A stretch of DNA of 58,934 bases, counting the filler, from Sphacelaria rigidula (taxonomy: Eukaryota), in NCBI GenBank assembly GCA_964200075.2. It is 7 parts of 7 records of this genome, joined end to end, with 100 filler letters (N's around TTAATTAATTAA, not from the genome) between each part and the next. Parts side by side here need not be neighbours in the genome. Positions count along the whole stretch, not along the records: positions 8,435 to 16,768 come from CAXNAA020011485.1; positions 16,869 to 25,202 come from CAXNAA020011486.1; 5 more parts are not named here. One strand, given 5' to 3'. Position 1 is the stretch's first letter, and every line of letters starts with the position of its first letter. A program made the position numbers and the translations under genes. The notes beneath the pieces are model-generated. The model saw nothing but the letters and a program-made list of their open reading frames with translations. It ran no database searches and had not been told where the DNA came from. This document shows, piece by piece, positions 11,400-23,748 of this stretch.

Positions 11400-13330
11400 A
11401 ACGGTTGCAAACTGTTGGTGAAAAAGGCGACTCCTGCGCCTTCGGATTCGGAGGACCGTAGCCCGGGCGTATTTGAGCGATACCTCGGGGACGAACCGGT
11501 GTGAACGTATGTCCCGTTGATGTTGAGGCCCTGGGTAATGGACCATACGCACAAAGAGGGAGTGCACCTTGGGGAAAAAGTGACCTTCTTTCTGCTGCGA
11601 AGGTATCATTGGTAGGTCGGTATGAAGGAAAGCGTGAAATTCTGGATTCGACGCTGCTACCTGTGCCAGGCCAAGAAACCCGATCGCTACACGGTGCGTT
11701 GGCCCTTGGTCTCGCTGCCACGACCTAGTCGGCCGGGGAAAATGGCAGCGTTCGATTTTCTGGGCCCTCTGCCGAAAACACGGAGAGGCAACAGACACAT
11801 GTTTATCATGGTGGATCTGTTTAGTAGGCACGTGGAAGCGTATGCGATCACCGCTGAAGTACACTCGACCACGGGGTGTGCTGCAATCATAGTGGGGGAT
11901 TATGTGCCACGATGTGGTTGCCCGCACATTTTCTTGTCGGATCGGGGGGCGGATTTCACTTCCGCTGTGTGTAGGTCGATTTATGAAATGATGGGCGCGG
12001 TGAAACGGTTCACAAGCTCTTATCAACCTCAGACGAATGGCATGGTAGAGCAGTTGAACCACACTTTGTGTCAAGTGCTGTTTTATTTGGTGGTGGACGA
12101 TGAAAGCAACTGGGACAAACGAGTCTCTGATGCATGCATTCTCAGCACACAACGACAACAGCAGTAGGGGTACCGCTTTGTCTCCAAATGAAGCGCACAT
12201 TGGACGCTATCCGCGTATGTCGACGACCATTTTGGACCATTTTGGAGGGGCGTGGGGTGCACCAGGGTTTGAAGGCTGATCAGTTGGGCTACCGCCAGCT
12301 GATGAGAGCACAGGTCAAGGCATACGAAATAGTGAAGCGAGATGATTTCTTATCAAAGCAAAACATGAAGCCAAAAACCAGGGAATCGAGGAAATGGCCA
12401 ACCGTCGGCCCAAACGGGAAGCAGGTCAGTGGACATTTGTGTACTATGACAAAAGCACCATCGGCGCGGGATGTAAGGCAGTACAGGTGGCGAGTACAGC
12501 CCGGACGTCTTTGGCTCTATCAGCGAAGCTGGCTCAGTGTTAGACGGGGCCATACAAAATTTTATTGATAGGGCTGGGGGAAACCTCGGAGGGTGAACAG
12601 GTGGGTAAAAAAGTGTTGTTGCTGGAGCTTCATCAGCACGAGCCAGGGGTCAACATAAATCCTAGGGTGTCGGTGGCGAGGTGTAAGCGGTGTTATAATC
12701 CTTATGAGAGGCCGGACGAGCCGAGATTTTTGCTTTCGGGGCTTAGTCAGTACGTACTAAATAAATATTCTCAACTGTCGCTTCCACTACATCCAACAGC
12801 GGAGGATGTGACGAGGGAGTTGGACTCGCACCGAATACTTCCCGAAAAAATGGTAAAACACAGGTTGTCTCGGGGTGTGTGTGGTAAGCTGGTCGTGCCA
12901 TACCTCACGCGTTGGGGCGGTTTGGATGTTCCTAGGTGGGAGCATAAAGCCGACTTTGAGCATTACGGCCGGCAGGTGATTTTGAAATTTTGGTTGGGTG
13001 AACCAATACAGGTGAAAGGTGACAACGCGCAATACCGTGAATATTGCATACATTTGTCGAGGCGCATAACGGCGCACGAACGTGGTGGGTATTACGTGGC
13101 GCCGGAAAATAGGGTGTCAGGGCGCAGAACAGATGGGTCGGACGTGTACAATTCTGACATTGTCTGCTCCTATGGGTATTTTAAAACGGCCTCCGAAAGT
13201 TAGCAGTTGTCCGAGGTGGTGGGACTGGAGGAGAACCCCAGTCAGCAGGAGCGACCGCACACCCTCCGCATGATGAACTTGGGTCGCAAATACGCGGTAC
13301 AGCTCGAGTGGACAGCCTTCGATGAGAGCC
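11400..13330 (+). mobile_element. Ty3/gypsy pol 3' part: HHCC zinc finger, integrase core and chromodomain-like tail (pseudogenised)
   Basis: WVMDHTHKEGVHLG...IRRCYLCQ (HHCC); FDFLGPLP..GNRH..MVDLFSR..FLSDRGADF..TSSYQPQTNGMVE (rve DDE core); KMVKHRLSRG..YLTRWGG..RWEH..F (chromo-like). Contains stops and frameshifts. Confidence 0.92.
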
Positions 13331-13346
13331 GAGGTCGCGGCGGACT

Positions 13347-13625
13347 GGTGTTGGCACATCCACATCTGGCGGAAATCCGTCAAACATTTCGCGCATAGCT
13401 GGTGACAGTGCGGGGCGTTTCGTGGTGGAACTGGTTGTGGTGGTTCATGTCGGGTGCTGGCACATCCATATGCTGCGGGAAACCGTCAAACATTTCGCGC
13501 ATGGCTGGTGACAGGGCGGAGCGTTTCGTGGTGGAACTGGTGGTGGGGGGTTATGTCTGGTGTTGGTCCATCCACATGCTGCGGGCAACCGTCAAATATT
13601 TCGCGCATGTGTGGGACAGGGCGGT
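13347..13625 (+). repeat. Degenerate 106-bp tandem repeat (~2.6 copies) in the gypsy 3' untranslated region
   Basis: GGTG(T/C)TGG..CATCCA..CCGTCAAA(C/T)ATTTCGCGCAT starts at 13347, 13453 and 13559. Confidence 0.9.
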
Positions 13626-14227
13626 GCGGACCGAGGTGGAGCTAGGCGTGGTGGACGGAGGCTTTTGACGCTTGGAATCTGGAAATCATGGAGGGAGGGG
13701 GGCTATCCGGAGCGCGGCGACGGGAGCTGGGCGGAGCGCCGCGAAGCTGCAAGCAAGAACGAGCAAGAGGACGAGGCGAATGATTGATGTAATGACTGGA
13801 GCTCGGAGAAAATTTACCTCAAACCCATTTGTGGTTTTCGCGCGAACTTTCCTTGGTAGATTGAAATCTGTAGCCAGAGTTACCGCCTCCTTCCGGTTTC
13901 CCCACTCCTTGGGAGCTGATGTATCTGGAGGTGGTGACCCTGGCAGTTAGTAGCGACATGAAATGTGCCTTCTATTTTCGGAATATCATCATTATTTTCT
14001 TCGTCTTTTGTTCTTCTGTTGATTCAAGTAGGCTTTAGACAGTGTGATGGTACTCTCGTCGAGGGTTTTCTTCTGGTTTTATTTCGTCTTGGTTGGATAT
14101 CGGAGCCTAACTCGTCGCCTCCTTCGATATTCCCCACTCCTTGGAGGTGGGCGTATCAGGAGTCCGCCGAGCTTTCCGAGGTCGGGTATGTATTCACGTG
14201 AAACAAAATATCTAACGGGCAGGGGGC

Positions 14228-14888
14228 TGTGGGGGTTACAAAGTGAGCTCAGCCTTGACCATGTTGTTCGCACAAAGTTAGGCCAGTCCATGAGCCAAAC
14301 TTTATGTTCACAGGATGGGCTGATGTCGTGAGCTCAGTTTTCAGTGTGTAAACTAGTCGTTGTAAACAATGTTTGTACGTTGAGATCGCTTGCTCAGGGG
14401 TGGTATTCAGCGTACTACTGGAACATGACACAAGTACAGTTTTATAAGAGACAGTTCCGGGGTAGACAGCACAGACAGGTTGACTGTGGAGCGGCCGAGG
14501 GCCGACCTTGTCTCTAGGTGTGTCAACTGCTGAACTTGGGGACCTTGTTGGGCAAAGAATGCATGAAGTAACTGTCAACACAGCTGGCAGAATGTCGTCA
14601 GAAGGAGAGTGGAACGTTTCAACTGACTGTTTTTGTGTACGAGCCGCTGAGTTCGGGGCGCCCCACTCTTGTTCAGTTCTCACCAGACCCCAGCTTTGGG
14701 GTTTGAAACAACAAGGGCTTGTGTGTACATAGCTAAACATCAATAATAAACTATCGACACAAAGTTCTGGCTAACTATATTCTTCTTCCACACTTCCACG
14801 GGAAGCTTCCACCTTGACTGTTCCAGCTGCTATCCTCAGCCCTGGTTGACTGAGCCACCAAGATCACCACGAATACAAGAACTTACCA
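14228..14888 (+). mobile_element. Putative 3' LTR of the gypsy element
   Basis: Purine tract GGGCAGGGGG(C) directly before TGTGGGGG, an internal AATAAA near 14745, and a candidate end CTTACCA. There is no partner LTR in the scaffold, so the end is tentative. Confidence 0.5.
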
Positions 14889-16768
14889 GTGAGAAAACAG
14901 AATTATCTATTTCTCGGGAGCGAAATTCAGGTTCCTCTCAGTGGCGTCGTCGACGGCAGGATTGCTGTGCTGCTGCTTTCTGGGGTTCGTCGGCTGCGGA
15001 GTTTTTTAGTTGCTATTGTGTCAGGTGCGAACCATGGTTGTGTCAAAGGGGTGGGGGGAGGGCGGGTCACGCGGTCGCAGCGCGCCGGCGCGTCTCCTCG
15101 CGGAGATACTCTCACGCGTCGCGCCGGGGTGCGGGCTGCACGTTCGGTGGGTGGGGAGTCGGTAATTGACCCCACTGGCCGTTGCGGGCTGCCCTCGTCT
15201 CGCGCGCCGGACCCGGAGCATGTTGAGGTTGTTGATGTACGAGGGGACACACATACTAGCGGGAACCCCCTTTCATCGTCGGTGGGGGCGGTTGGTGTCT
15301 TGGAATCGGCCCCACCGGGGTCGATTGTGAAGGGTACAGAGGTTGCGGTTCGAGAGTTTACATCCAGCTCTCGGGGTAGAGATGTGGTGATGAATGAGGG
15401 TGCGGTTTTCGACTCAGGGTCGACCTCTGGTGCGCCGACAGACTCTGGTATTGGTTTGGAATGGTCTATGTTGGCCGAAAACGAGGCGGCGGGTAGCGCC
15501 GCCAGTTCCGAGTTATCTGGTCGCGGCGCGGCGAAATCGCCGTCGGTTGGTCGCTCGCGGGAGCCCTCGGTATCGGGCAGGTTACGTGATGGGGGTGTCG
15601 CTGGTGACGCGCTGCCCCGGGTCTCGAGTGTGTCGCATGCGGTGGGCCTTGGGGGGTAGTGGTTGGACCTCTCTTCATGTGTCGGTGGTGCCTCGCCGCG
15701 TTACGTGTGCTCCGACTGTGAGAGACTCTGCGCGGCAGGCTGCTGGTGTGGACGGGGGGAAAGCACACGCAGGTTCGTCGAGCTCGTCGTGTGGGGGATC
15801 GTCGCCGCGGGGATGCCGCGTCATGGGTGACGACGCGCGGCGCACGCCCTCCTCGCCGCCGCCGGCGTCTCCACGGGCAACTGAGGTGAGAACTGCATTG
15901 GTGTGTGAGGTTCGCGCGCTACTGTCTCGCTTGTCTCGGGAGGGAAGGGTTTTGGTGGAGGGTATGGAGTTGACGCCACCTCTGCGCGTCCCGGGTTGCG
16001 AGGTGTCCTAGCCCCCGCGGGGGGGAAATTCTGTGTCCACAGTTGCGGGGCCTGGGGGGGTTACTTCCGTAAGGGGGATGGGGCACGGTCGCCGACTGCG
16101 GTGTCGGATGAATTGTTGGGGCGTCTGTTGCAGGCCGACGAGGAGCGAATGGCTCGGGCGGCGGAAATTGCCGAAGGGTGGGACCGTTCGTTTGCTTTGT
16201 CATTGCCGGGTACAGGGGGAGAGGTGGGTAATGTGTCTGCGCCGCCCGCTGAGCCCATCACCTAGGAGGGTGGGGGTTTGCGGCGGGTGGCCGCCTTGCG
16301 TTCTTATGCGGTCACGTCGAGGGGTAAAGTTTCTGTTCCTCAACCGGCGGCGTGTGGGGGTCGTTTTGAAGTGTTGACTGACCCTCTTCCGGCTGGTTCT
16401 TGTGCCCTGGCACAGGCGGCCCTCGCGGGCATTTCGGCTACGATGGACGCTACGACGTCGGCAAAACTACGCTGGGATGGCGCGGCGCGTGCTGACAGGG
16501 TGGTGGCTGCCGACGACGACGCCGCGGCGGCGGATGTTGCGCCCGCCGAACGCGCCTTGGCCGAGGCGGTGGCGGTGCTAGCCCGGGCTGCGAACGCTCG
16601 GGCGCGATCTCGTGCGTTGGTGGAAAAGGAGGAGCCTGAGCTGCTTGCCTGCCGGGGCCGTCGGGAGGAGGCAATCGCGGGTCTGGCGCACCAGGCTGGG
16701 CCCCGACACCTTTCGATGGCTCCGCGGTTGGCGGCCCTCTGAGCCGCGGAGACCGCGGCGTGCCTCAC

Positions 16769-16868
16769 NNNNNNNNNNNNNNNNNNNNNNNNNNNNNNNN
16801 NNNNNNNNNNNNTTAATTAATTAANNNNNNNNNNNNNNNNNNNNNNNNNNNNNNNNNNNNNNNNNNNN
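16769..16868. other. Artificial scaffold linker
   Basis: N44-TTAATTAATTAA-N44. Confidence 0.98.
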
Positions 16869-17364
16869 AATTGGGGGGTTGTTGGTACCCCTGTGTGAAC
16901 AATCTTCCAAAAAAAAAACTTTGTCCCTTGGCACCCCGCCCCCCCCCCCCCCCCCCCCTCCTCCTCGAAACGAGTCTGTGGTCTCGATGCATCAACCAAG
17001 GCATCATCCCATCTCTCCCCGGTACTGGTTGGCGTGACGATTGTGTGGTACTGCATCACGAGCATTGATTTTTGTGAGAAACACGACTTTGAAAATAATG
17101 ACCTTGCCCTATCGCCGACTGTGCTGCAGACAACGTATATCGACAAGCATTCGTTTTCTCGTTACTATGTAATCCATCGAACGATTTCATGCGACCTTTG
17201 TTTAGTTCCCACATCTCCCTTTCATACGTCCCGTTCCTCATTGTATAGTTAATATTCTCCCACGGATGCGTTTTGTTCTTAATTGCTTTGCCACAGTGTC
17301 TCCAACGGGCGGCACATCAGTGAACATTGCAACACGTTGCACAACACCCCAATTCTTGGGTTGG

Positions 17365-17456
17365 CCCTTTGACCGCCAGGGATATGCTGAATCGGCATGA
17401 CCTTTCCTTGAAAATGATTGCAGACCCAGAAGACCCCCGCCCTGGCGGTGAAAGGA
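17365..17456. mobile_element. piggyBac-like palindromic MITE
   Basis: CCCTTTGACCGCCAGGG..GAATCGGCAT..CCCTGGCGGTGAAAGG. Confidence 0.6.
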
Positions 17457-17922
17457 ATAGGGCCAAACATGGGAAACGAGAAAAGGGTGGTTACCGTAAA
17501 TCCACGTGAAGAAGCTGACAAGATGTCAGACCTCTGAATCTGAAGATGATTCACCCTCTGATTGTATGTTGCTGGACTCGGAGCAAGGATGACGATGTAT
17601 ACTGTCGTTGAGAAATTGGTACAATTCAACCGTGGGTCAGAAGAATCGAGCCGATGTGGTTAATCAATAGGACAGTGAGGCGGCTGAGTGTTGGATCCAT
17701 CTGAAGATCTCGTATTTTTATTCACTACAGAACGTAGTATTTTCTAGTTTTTTCTCTGTTCCTTTCCTTGCCCTTTCTGCTCGGTCTCGGTTTCGATTTC
17801 TCTGTTCACTACTTTTGTTTGTTTCATATTTCCGCTTTTTTTTTCTACTATTTTTTCTCTTTTGTCGGCGTTTCCGTTTTGTTTAGGTTGGGTACGCCTA
17901 TCCTGTGAGGGGGATCAGTTAA

Positions 17923-18040
17923 CCCTTTGGGAACCCAGTGCTGTTTTTTGTTTTTGTGAATCGGCATTATTTTGACCTGAAAATGACTGGAAATGATGCC
18001 GATTCGCGAAAACAAAAATTGTAAATGGGTTCCGAAAGGG
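17923..18040. mobile_element. 118-bp palindromic MITE with piggyBac-like ends (TTAA|CCCTTT...AAAGGG|TTAG)
   Basis: A second copy of the same 118-bp length lies at 28323-28440. Both carry the inner GTGAATCGGCAT/ATGCCGATTC inverted repeat. Confidence 0.8.
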
Positions 18041-18242
18041 TTAGTGTGGTATAATCAAGCCATCAATTAATGCCGGAAAGGGGGGAAGGGGGGTGGAGGG
18101 GTATGCAGCACCTGAGGGATGTGTGAACACCCAGATGGCCTCTCGGTAACCTATTCCGCGGTGTATCACCGCGTTTTTCATTATGTCCTATGATCCAGTG
18201 TCTCATTTTTTGTCGTATTTGCATGTTGCATCGGACGAAAAG

Positions 18243-18389
18243 GCGATTGGGCAGCTGGAGAGGGTGCTTGAGGAGGGAAGAAATCACGTGAACGTTTTGT
18301 ACGGATTCAGGAGCGTGTCGCGAGCCATACCGATGGTTAGCGGTAGCAACGATCCCAACAAGAATGTCCTCCACATGAACACCTTCAAG
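18243..18389 (+). CDS. CYFIP: CYFIP exon (5' boundary uncertain; the frame is open from 18183)
   Basis: AIGQLERVLEEGRNHVNVLYGFRSVSRAIPMV...MNTFK|gtaa. Confidence 0.85.
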
Positions 18390-21300
18390 GTAACATTTAG
18401 ACCGTCGTCACCCCACTCAAAATGTGGCACATATCAGTAGCCGAACTCTCCAACTGCGAAGATGAGGTAGTTGGTCGCCGATGTAGTGGGTCTATTATTA
18501 TGGAACTGTGCTGTCGGGTGATGGGGGGCATGGGCGAGAGGTCGTTGCACATGTATCAAGCACGCACACGCTTGGCGTACACTCGACTGCTCGATGTTGC
18601 TGCAGACCTTCTGTTTGGTGACCTACCGGCTGTTTTATGTTCCTACTGTTTATTCATACCGCAGATTCTTCGTCCCGAGATGGAGAAGCTAAGGGATATT
18701 ATGCTGTTCCACGAAAGCGCAGTACAGGTACAGCCCAAGTAGCCGTCTTGCAAACTATTACAATTATGTTCATGTAAACATAGGCCATGTACGCTCCAAA
18801 GCGTGTTCCCTCACGGCCAGAAATATCTGTCGGTGACAGGTGTGGTTACCGGTAGGTACGCGGGCACTCGTGTTCTCCTTGATAGTATGCCGGCGCTGAG
18901 CACAACGTCCTCAGACAAGGAGTTGTGGTCGCTTGCCCTCGTCGTAGTTCTATTACGGTTATTTCCGTTGCAATCGTGGGTCCCTTGGTGTCGGGCTCTG
19001 AGAATATGTAGTACTGCCCGACTCGTGCTCCGAGCATACTGTCGTTCCCAGGCTTGATCTCGTTTTGCTCCAGGTCGAAAAACTGGGTGGTTGATACGTG
19101 CAAGTGAAATGGGTGATGGTTTGGGTTCACGTCGTGGAGGTACGGCATGTAGCTGCTAGAGATCCTCGGTGCGATTTGTCGTTGTTCCGTCGCGTTTTTG
19201 TGGCTGTGTTGAACTGTTTTTCGGCGGGGCTGAGCGCGTTGAACCTTGGAAAGATGACTTTGCTTGTCACACTCTCTTGGCTGTGGACTTGGTCTATCAG
19301 GTGTTTTGCACACACGTGGAGACTTTGGCCAAACGGGGGAAAAAACAGGTGGTCCCTGAAGGACTGTACGATGCGCTCATTGCCGTCATCGATCTTCTCC
19401 AAAAGATGGTCAGTGTACTGTATATTGTCGTATTCCGTGCTACAATTGCTTTCGTTTTATCCTCAGGATCGTCAGTAGAACCGAGTTGCATATCGCCAAG
19501 GCTGAACGCTCGCGTCCAGATCACACAGTTCCTCTGCAAAAAGTGCGTCTTGGGATTTATGTGGTTCTTTTTTTTTATCGGCGGAAATGCTTACTCTACT
19601 GTGAGCATTGCACACTGCCAGTCTCCCCTGTCCACTTTTTACAATTGTATTGTGCTCTGCGCCTCGGCAGGACTACCTGAAGGACACGAAGGCGTGTCTT
19701 ACGAACGATTTCTCTCGCTACAAGCGCGCTCTGACGAGTGTGAGACAGGAGCTTCCCGACGCCGACGCCCTGGGACAGGTAGGCAATTATGACCCGCATG
19801 CTCTTTCCTGACGACAACCTTCTGGCACAAACACCCGCCATGTACCCTCCCCTTCTTGTGGAGATGAATGACAGCATGATACTGCATGGTGCCACGTAGT
19901 GAATCTCCGTATACACACCACTCTCTTGCTCTGGGGTGTCAGAAAGCACCTAGGTCCATGACCACGGCCACACGGCCAGAATTGGTGCTGGGCAGCGCCT
20001 GTCTGATGGGTCTACGTACGATATGCGCTGGTCTTGTCTTTCACCACCACATCACTCATACACATGTTGGACCACACATACATGAGATGTGTGCGGATAT
20101 TCAACTGCGCGACGTCGCCTCTTGTCGACGACAAGGTCAATAAGCTCAGAGTGCATGCAGTTATGAGCGTAGCGGATGTAGTGCGTGCGTATGTAGCAGT
20201 TCTCCTCCTTGTTGGAACTTGAACGTGACTGGATGAAGATATTTTAAGTCACGACATTGACCTAACCCCCGTCCTGTCCCGTCCCGTTCTTCGCTTCCTC
20301 GTTTTTGTGCCAGGAGCAACACTCCTTGCAGCTGTTTCTAGGTAACCCAAAGTATCCAAAGCAACTGATCATCAATACACTGCGCGACGGGGTGAAGGCA
20401 ATCCCTGGCCACCTGGAGGTGACTATCGCACATCTGCAAACAGCTACTTGTGTAGTTCAGCACGCGGAGGTTGAAGCGTTGTTTTCTGTGATGTGTGTAT
20501 GTCGGTTACATGACGTGAAGTCGCTGCAGCAACGGGTACGCTCCGCAATTGACTACGCCATTTTTCCAGCTTTTGTACATCCTGCACGAAGAACATGAAA
20601 AACCAGAAGAACCTGAGCTGTCTGCCTAATGTGTCCTGTTCTTTTCACTTACGTGCGTCGATTTTGAGCCAGCTGCTACAGCCGGTCACACATGCCAATT
20701 CGCAGTAAGGTCATTATGCAGTGGCTTGTGCAGGCTTGTCTTACGAGGGATAATGAGCGTCTTTTAAATCTGGAGGCAGCAAGTGCTACGTACTGCAGTT
20801 CTGTATACATACTGTCCGAGACAAGCGCTCTAGTGTGGTACATGAGTTATGCCTTGTCGCTTCAGTGTATTTGGTACATTCATGGTTTTATGCAGAAAAA
20901 CCGACTCGGTGTGTGGTAATTTGCTTTATCATTTTCAGGTTTTGGTCAAGATGCTGCAGCTGGCAGTGGAGCGACTTGAGACGAACCGATACATGACTCC
21001 CGACGAGAAGTATCGCAACGTCAGAGTTGTGCCGCATCTGCTTTGGTGAGACATGATCAAGCCAGACAAGCAACCGAAATTTGAGTTCAAATGACCTGTA
21101 CCCATTTGCGCTATCTTGTTCACCACGTCTCTTGTTGTTTTCCCCTCAACATACACCGGGCTGTGTGGGTGTGTGTATTGAGTCGATGATGAGCATTTGG
21201 TGCCGTCACGTCCTGAATCTAGACACTTCACGGGGTGTGACGGTACTACAGGTCACAACAGCAATGCGAGTAGAGTCGTATCTTTAATTACAACACCGGC

Positions 21301-22861
21301 TGATGTTGACAATCGTTGGTGTGTCTGCAGGCTGCTGGATGGAGACACTGGGGCGAGCAACCCGGAAGCGTCGTTCAATGTGTTCAAGCAAAGGAAATTC
21401 AAGCTGCAGTCCCTGCAGCGCATTTGCCAGAGGTACCCGGTCGTCCCCCAATGTAAGTGCAGTAAGTAGTGGACATTGTCACCACTTCATGCAGTACAAT
21501 CGTCTTGATGTCGGGTCTAATCTCTTTTGTCCTTCAATATCGGAGAACTGGCATCAGTTATTCTAGATTTGCCTGTCGTAGTTTTGGCAGGCTTGGGTGA
21601 CACGATTACTCTTGTCAGTGTGCTTGCCACGGCATCGCGCCCTACCCAGGTCTCGTATGACCATTTTTGTTCAAGCCAAACAACACCGCCGTTACCCGAC
21701 GTGGATCCCCAAAATACCAGCTGGACAAGCACGGAGGTCCTTGAGTAACGCACTCGGTCAATGCGGCTGTAGTGAGCCAACATAAACATTGAATTGTGCC
21801 GCAATACTATTGATACTGTACACCTGCAGGCGGCGACGTTGCAATCAGGCTATCGTATGTACTGGAGCGCTGCCCGCACTTCGACCCGGACTCTTCGAGC
21901 GCGTGGTTTGCCGACGCGACGGCTGCGCAGGACTATAACGTGTTGGCGAAGTGGGGGCGAATGACAGGGGATTTCGATGAGTACGCCACCAGGCTCTCGA
22001 ACGCGCTCAACGAAATAGGACCGGTGAGCTAGGGAGGGGGACAAGGCTGTCCACTCTCCTGAGTTATGGCGTTGAACGTATTTTGTGTTGTTTTTTTCTT
22101 GAACGCCTGCGATTGGGGGGTATCTTCTCAAGCGTTGCATAGTATGGGCTATTTGTCTCCCTATCGCGGGTATTGCTACAAGTTCGAGAGCAAGACATAG
22201 TCCATGCGCCTGTGGTCAGTGGCGAAAGGTCAAGGCGCGTGGGCTGCTCATGTTGCAGACCTGGACTAATATCTGCTTCGGCCGCCGAGGATTATGCGTA
22301 GTGTCTTCACCTTCCCGACTCCGCCGTACGTTGGCGTGAACGGGGTACGACGGATGGTGACGGTGAACAAGTGAAAGTGTGCCGCCCCAAAATGGCACTT
22401 GTTGGCTACTAGAACTATTACCACCCCTCAACTCAGTCCCACCCTCGTGAATGTCGCGGCAGTACCACACGCCCTTCCGTCAACCATTGATTTTACGTTC
22501 TGTGCATATGCATGTGTATGTGTTCGTCTCTCCTCCACCCCTCGTATCACTCACATCATCGTACTGTACACTATATGGTCACACACGCGAATCACTTGCG
22601 AATTGTCGACAGGGTCCGTTCGTGAAGACAGCGGCAAATGTCCGGATAGCAGCGAAGGTGTCCAAATTGGTGCTGCACGGTCTCTGCCTACTACAGCGGT
22701 GGTCCTGCGTGGTTCTGGAGTGCGTGGCCTGGAAACACACTCATCCGTGCTCGCAGGCGGACTTCGTGAAGCAGGGAGGGAATCCTAAGGGGAAAGGCAT
22801 GGAGTACGAGAAGGTGGTGCGATATAACTGGACATCCAAGGAGCTCAGCGCGCTTGTCGAG
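18243..22861 (+). CDS. CYFIP: CYFIP/SRA1/PIR121 (WAVE regulatory complex subunit), partial: nine internal exons
   Basis: Exons ~18243-18389, 18665-18727, 19301-19408, 19671-19778, 20314-20418, 20939-21045, 21331-21452, 21830-22023 and 22613-22861 join in phase at GT-AG sites. The peptides LEEGRNHVNVLYGFRSVSRAIP, LRPEMEKL, LKDTKACLTNDFSRYKRA, LQLFLGN, YMTPDEK, PVVPQCGD and WS..V.E..AWK.THP..EYEKVVRYNWTSKE..ALVE match CYFIP motifs in the correct order. Confidence 0.93.
18665..18727 (+). CDS. CYFIP: CYFIP exon
   Basis: cag|ILRPEMEKLRDIMLFHESAVQ|gtac. Confidence 0.88.
19301..19408 (+). CDS. CYFIP: CYFIP exon
   Basis: cag|VFCTHVETLAKRGKKQVVPEGLYDALIAVIDLLQKM|gtcagt. Confidence 0.88.
19671..19778 (+). 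CDS. CYFIP: CYFIP exon
   Basis: cag|DYLKDTKACLTNDFSRYKRALTSVRQELPDADALGQ|gtag. Confidence 0.9.
20314..20418 (+). CDS. CYFIP: CYFIP exon
   Basis: cag|EQHSLQLFLGNPKYPKQLIINTLRDGVKAIPGHLE|gtga. Confidence 0.9.
20939..21045 (+). CDS. CYFIP: CYFIP exon
   Basis: cag|VLVKMLQLAVERLETNRYMTPDEKYRNVRVVPHLL(W, phase 2)|gtgag. Confidence 0.9.
21331..21452 (+). CDS. CYFIP: CYFIP exon
   Basis: cag|LLDGDTGASNPEASFNVFKQRKFKLQSLQRICQRYPVVPQ(C, phase 1)|gtaagt. Confidence 0.9.
21830..22023 (+). CDS. CYFIP: CYFIP exon (absent from the supplied ORF track)
   Basis: cag|GDVAIRLSYVLERCPHFDPD...QDYNVLAKWGRMTGDFDEYATRLSNALNEIGP|gtgag. The phase matches both neighbours. Confidence 0.88.
22613..22861 (+). CDS. CYFIP: CYFIP exon (last one found in this scaffold)
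   Basis: cag|GPFVKT...GLCLLQRWSCVVLECVAWKHTHP...EYEKVVRYNWTSKELSALVE|gtga. Confidence 0.9.
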
Positions 22862-23350
22862 GTGATCACGTTGAGACCGTCCGCGTACAATAAACCATTC
22901 TAATAGCAAGGGAGCGATCTTACAGATATTTGCGGCAGTAGCATTCGTGCGCGCACGATGATCAAGCTGCAAGCACTTCCATTGGCATCCGTGGACTAGA
23001 ACGGTCTGCTATAATAGGGCCTTCGAAGGATGAGCCGTTGCGGCGCGAGTGATTTCACGAGACTACCGTTTCAAGATTGGGCTGCTTGTTTGTGTGCCGT
23101 AGTTGATCTGGCGAATGGACACGAAAGGCCTCCGTTCGTGCAGATTACGAGCTGGGCCAACTGACAGTGATTCTTGTCGGTAATCGGGTGACGCGGTGCT
23201 CAATTTGAGGAGTTGGGCGCTGAATTTTTGAGACGGCATTTTTATCATCAACACGCGCAATATTTCTCGAGATGCCAAGGAAGAAAAAAAACGGAAAGAT
23301 AGAGCGAGTTGAAACTTCAACAGAAACTGGAAAAAATGTTTTCTAGCTCC

Positions 23351-23607
23351 GACACCTTCTACGATAGCCCCCCCCCCCCAAAAAAAAAAAAGCCCAAATT
23401 TGTCACGAACAAAATGATCATACAGCGCCTGATGTTTGGGTTCAGACTGCATGAAGCGCCTCACATGGGCGACATCGGCGAGAACGAACCCAAGCGTTGG
23501 AATTCCCAGCTGCTCGTTGAGCTCGGCTTTATTCATTTCGATTCGCGTGAACATTTTGCCTCCCCAAACCAGGCACTTTTGGGGAGGGGGCTATCGTAGA
23601 AAGTGTC
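23351..23607. mobile_element. GACACTTTCTACGATAGCC-family MITE (opposite orientation to the 4161 copy)
   Basis: GACACCTTCTACGATAGCCCC...GGGGCTATCGTAGAAAGTGTC with the shared interior. Confidence 0.85.
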
Positions 23608-23748
23608 CTCCGTGAAGGAAAAAGCGGAGACATCCCCGGAAATGTTGTACGTACTCGGGCGCAGGAGATCCTGGTAAAATTCGGCAGAAAACTCCTAAAA
23701 TTGCGCCCAACATGGCACTTTTTGTGTGACACCGCTGCATGATTCAAG

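Noticed and set aside
11394-12200. 268-aa minus-strand ORF
   Set aside because: Antisense shadow of the gypsy integrase.
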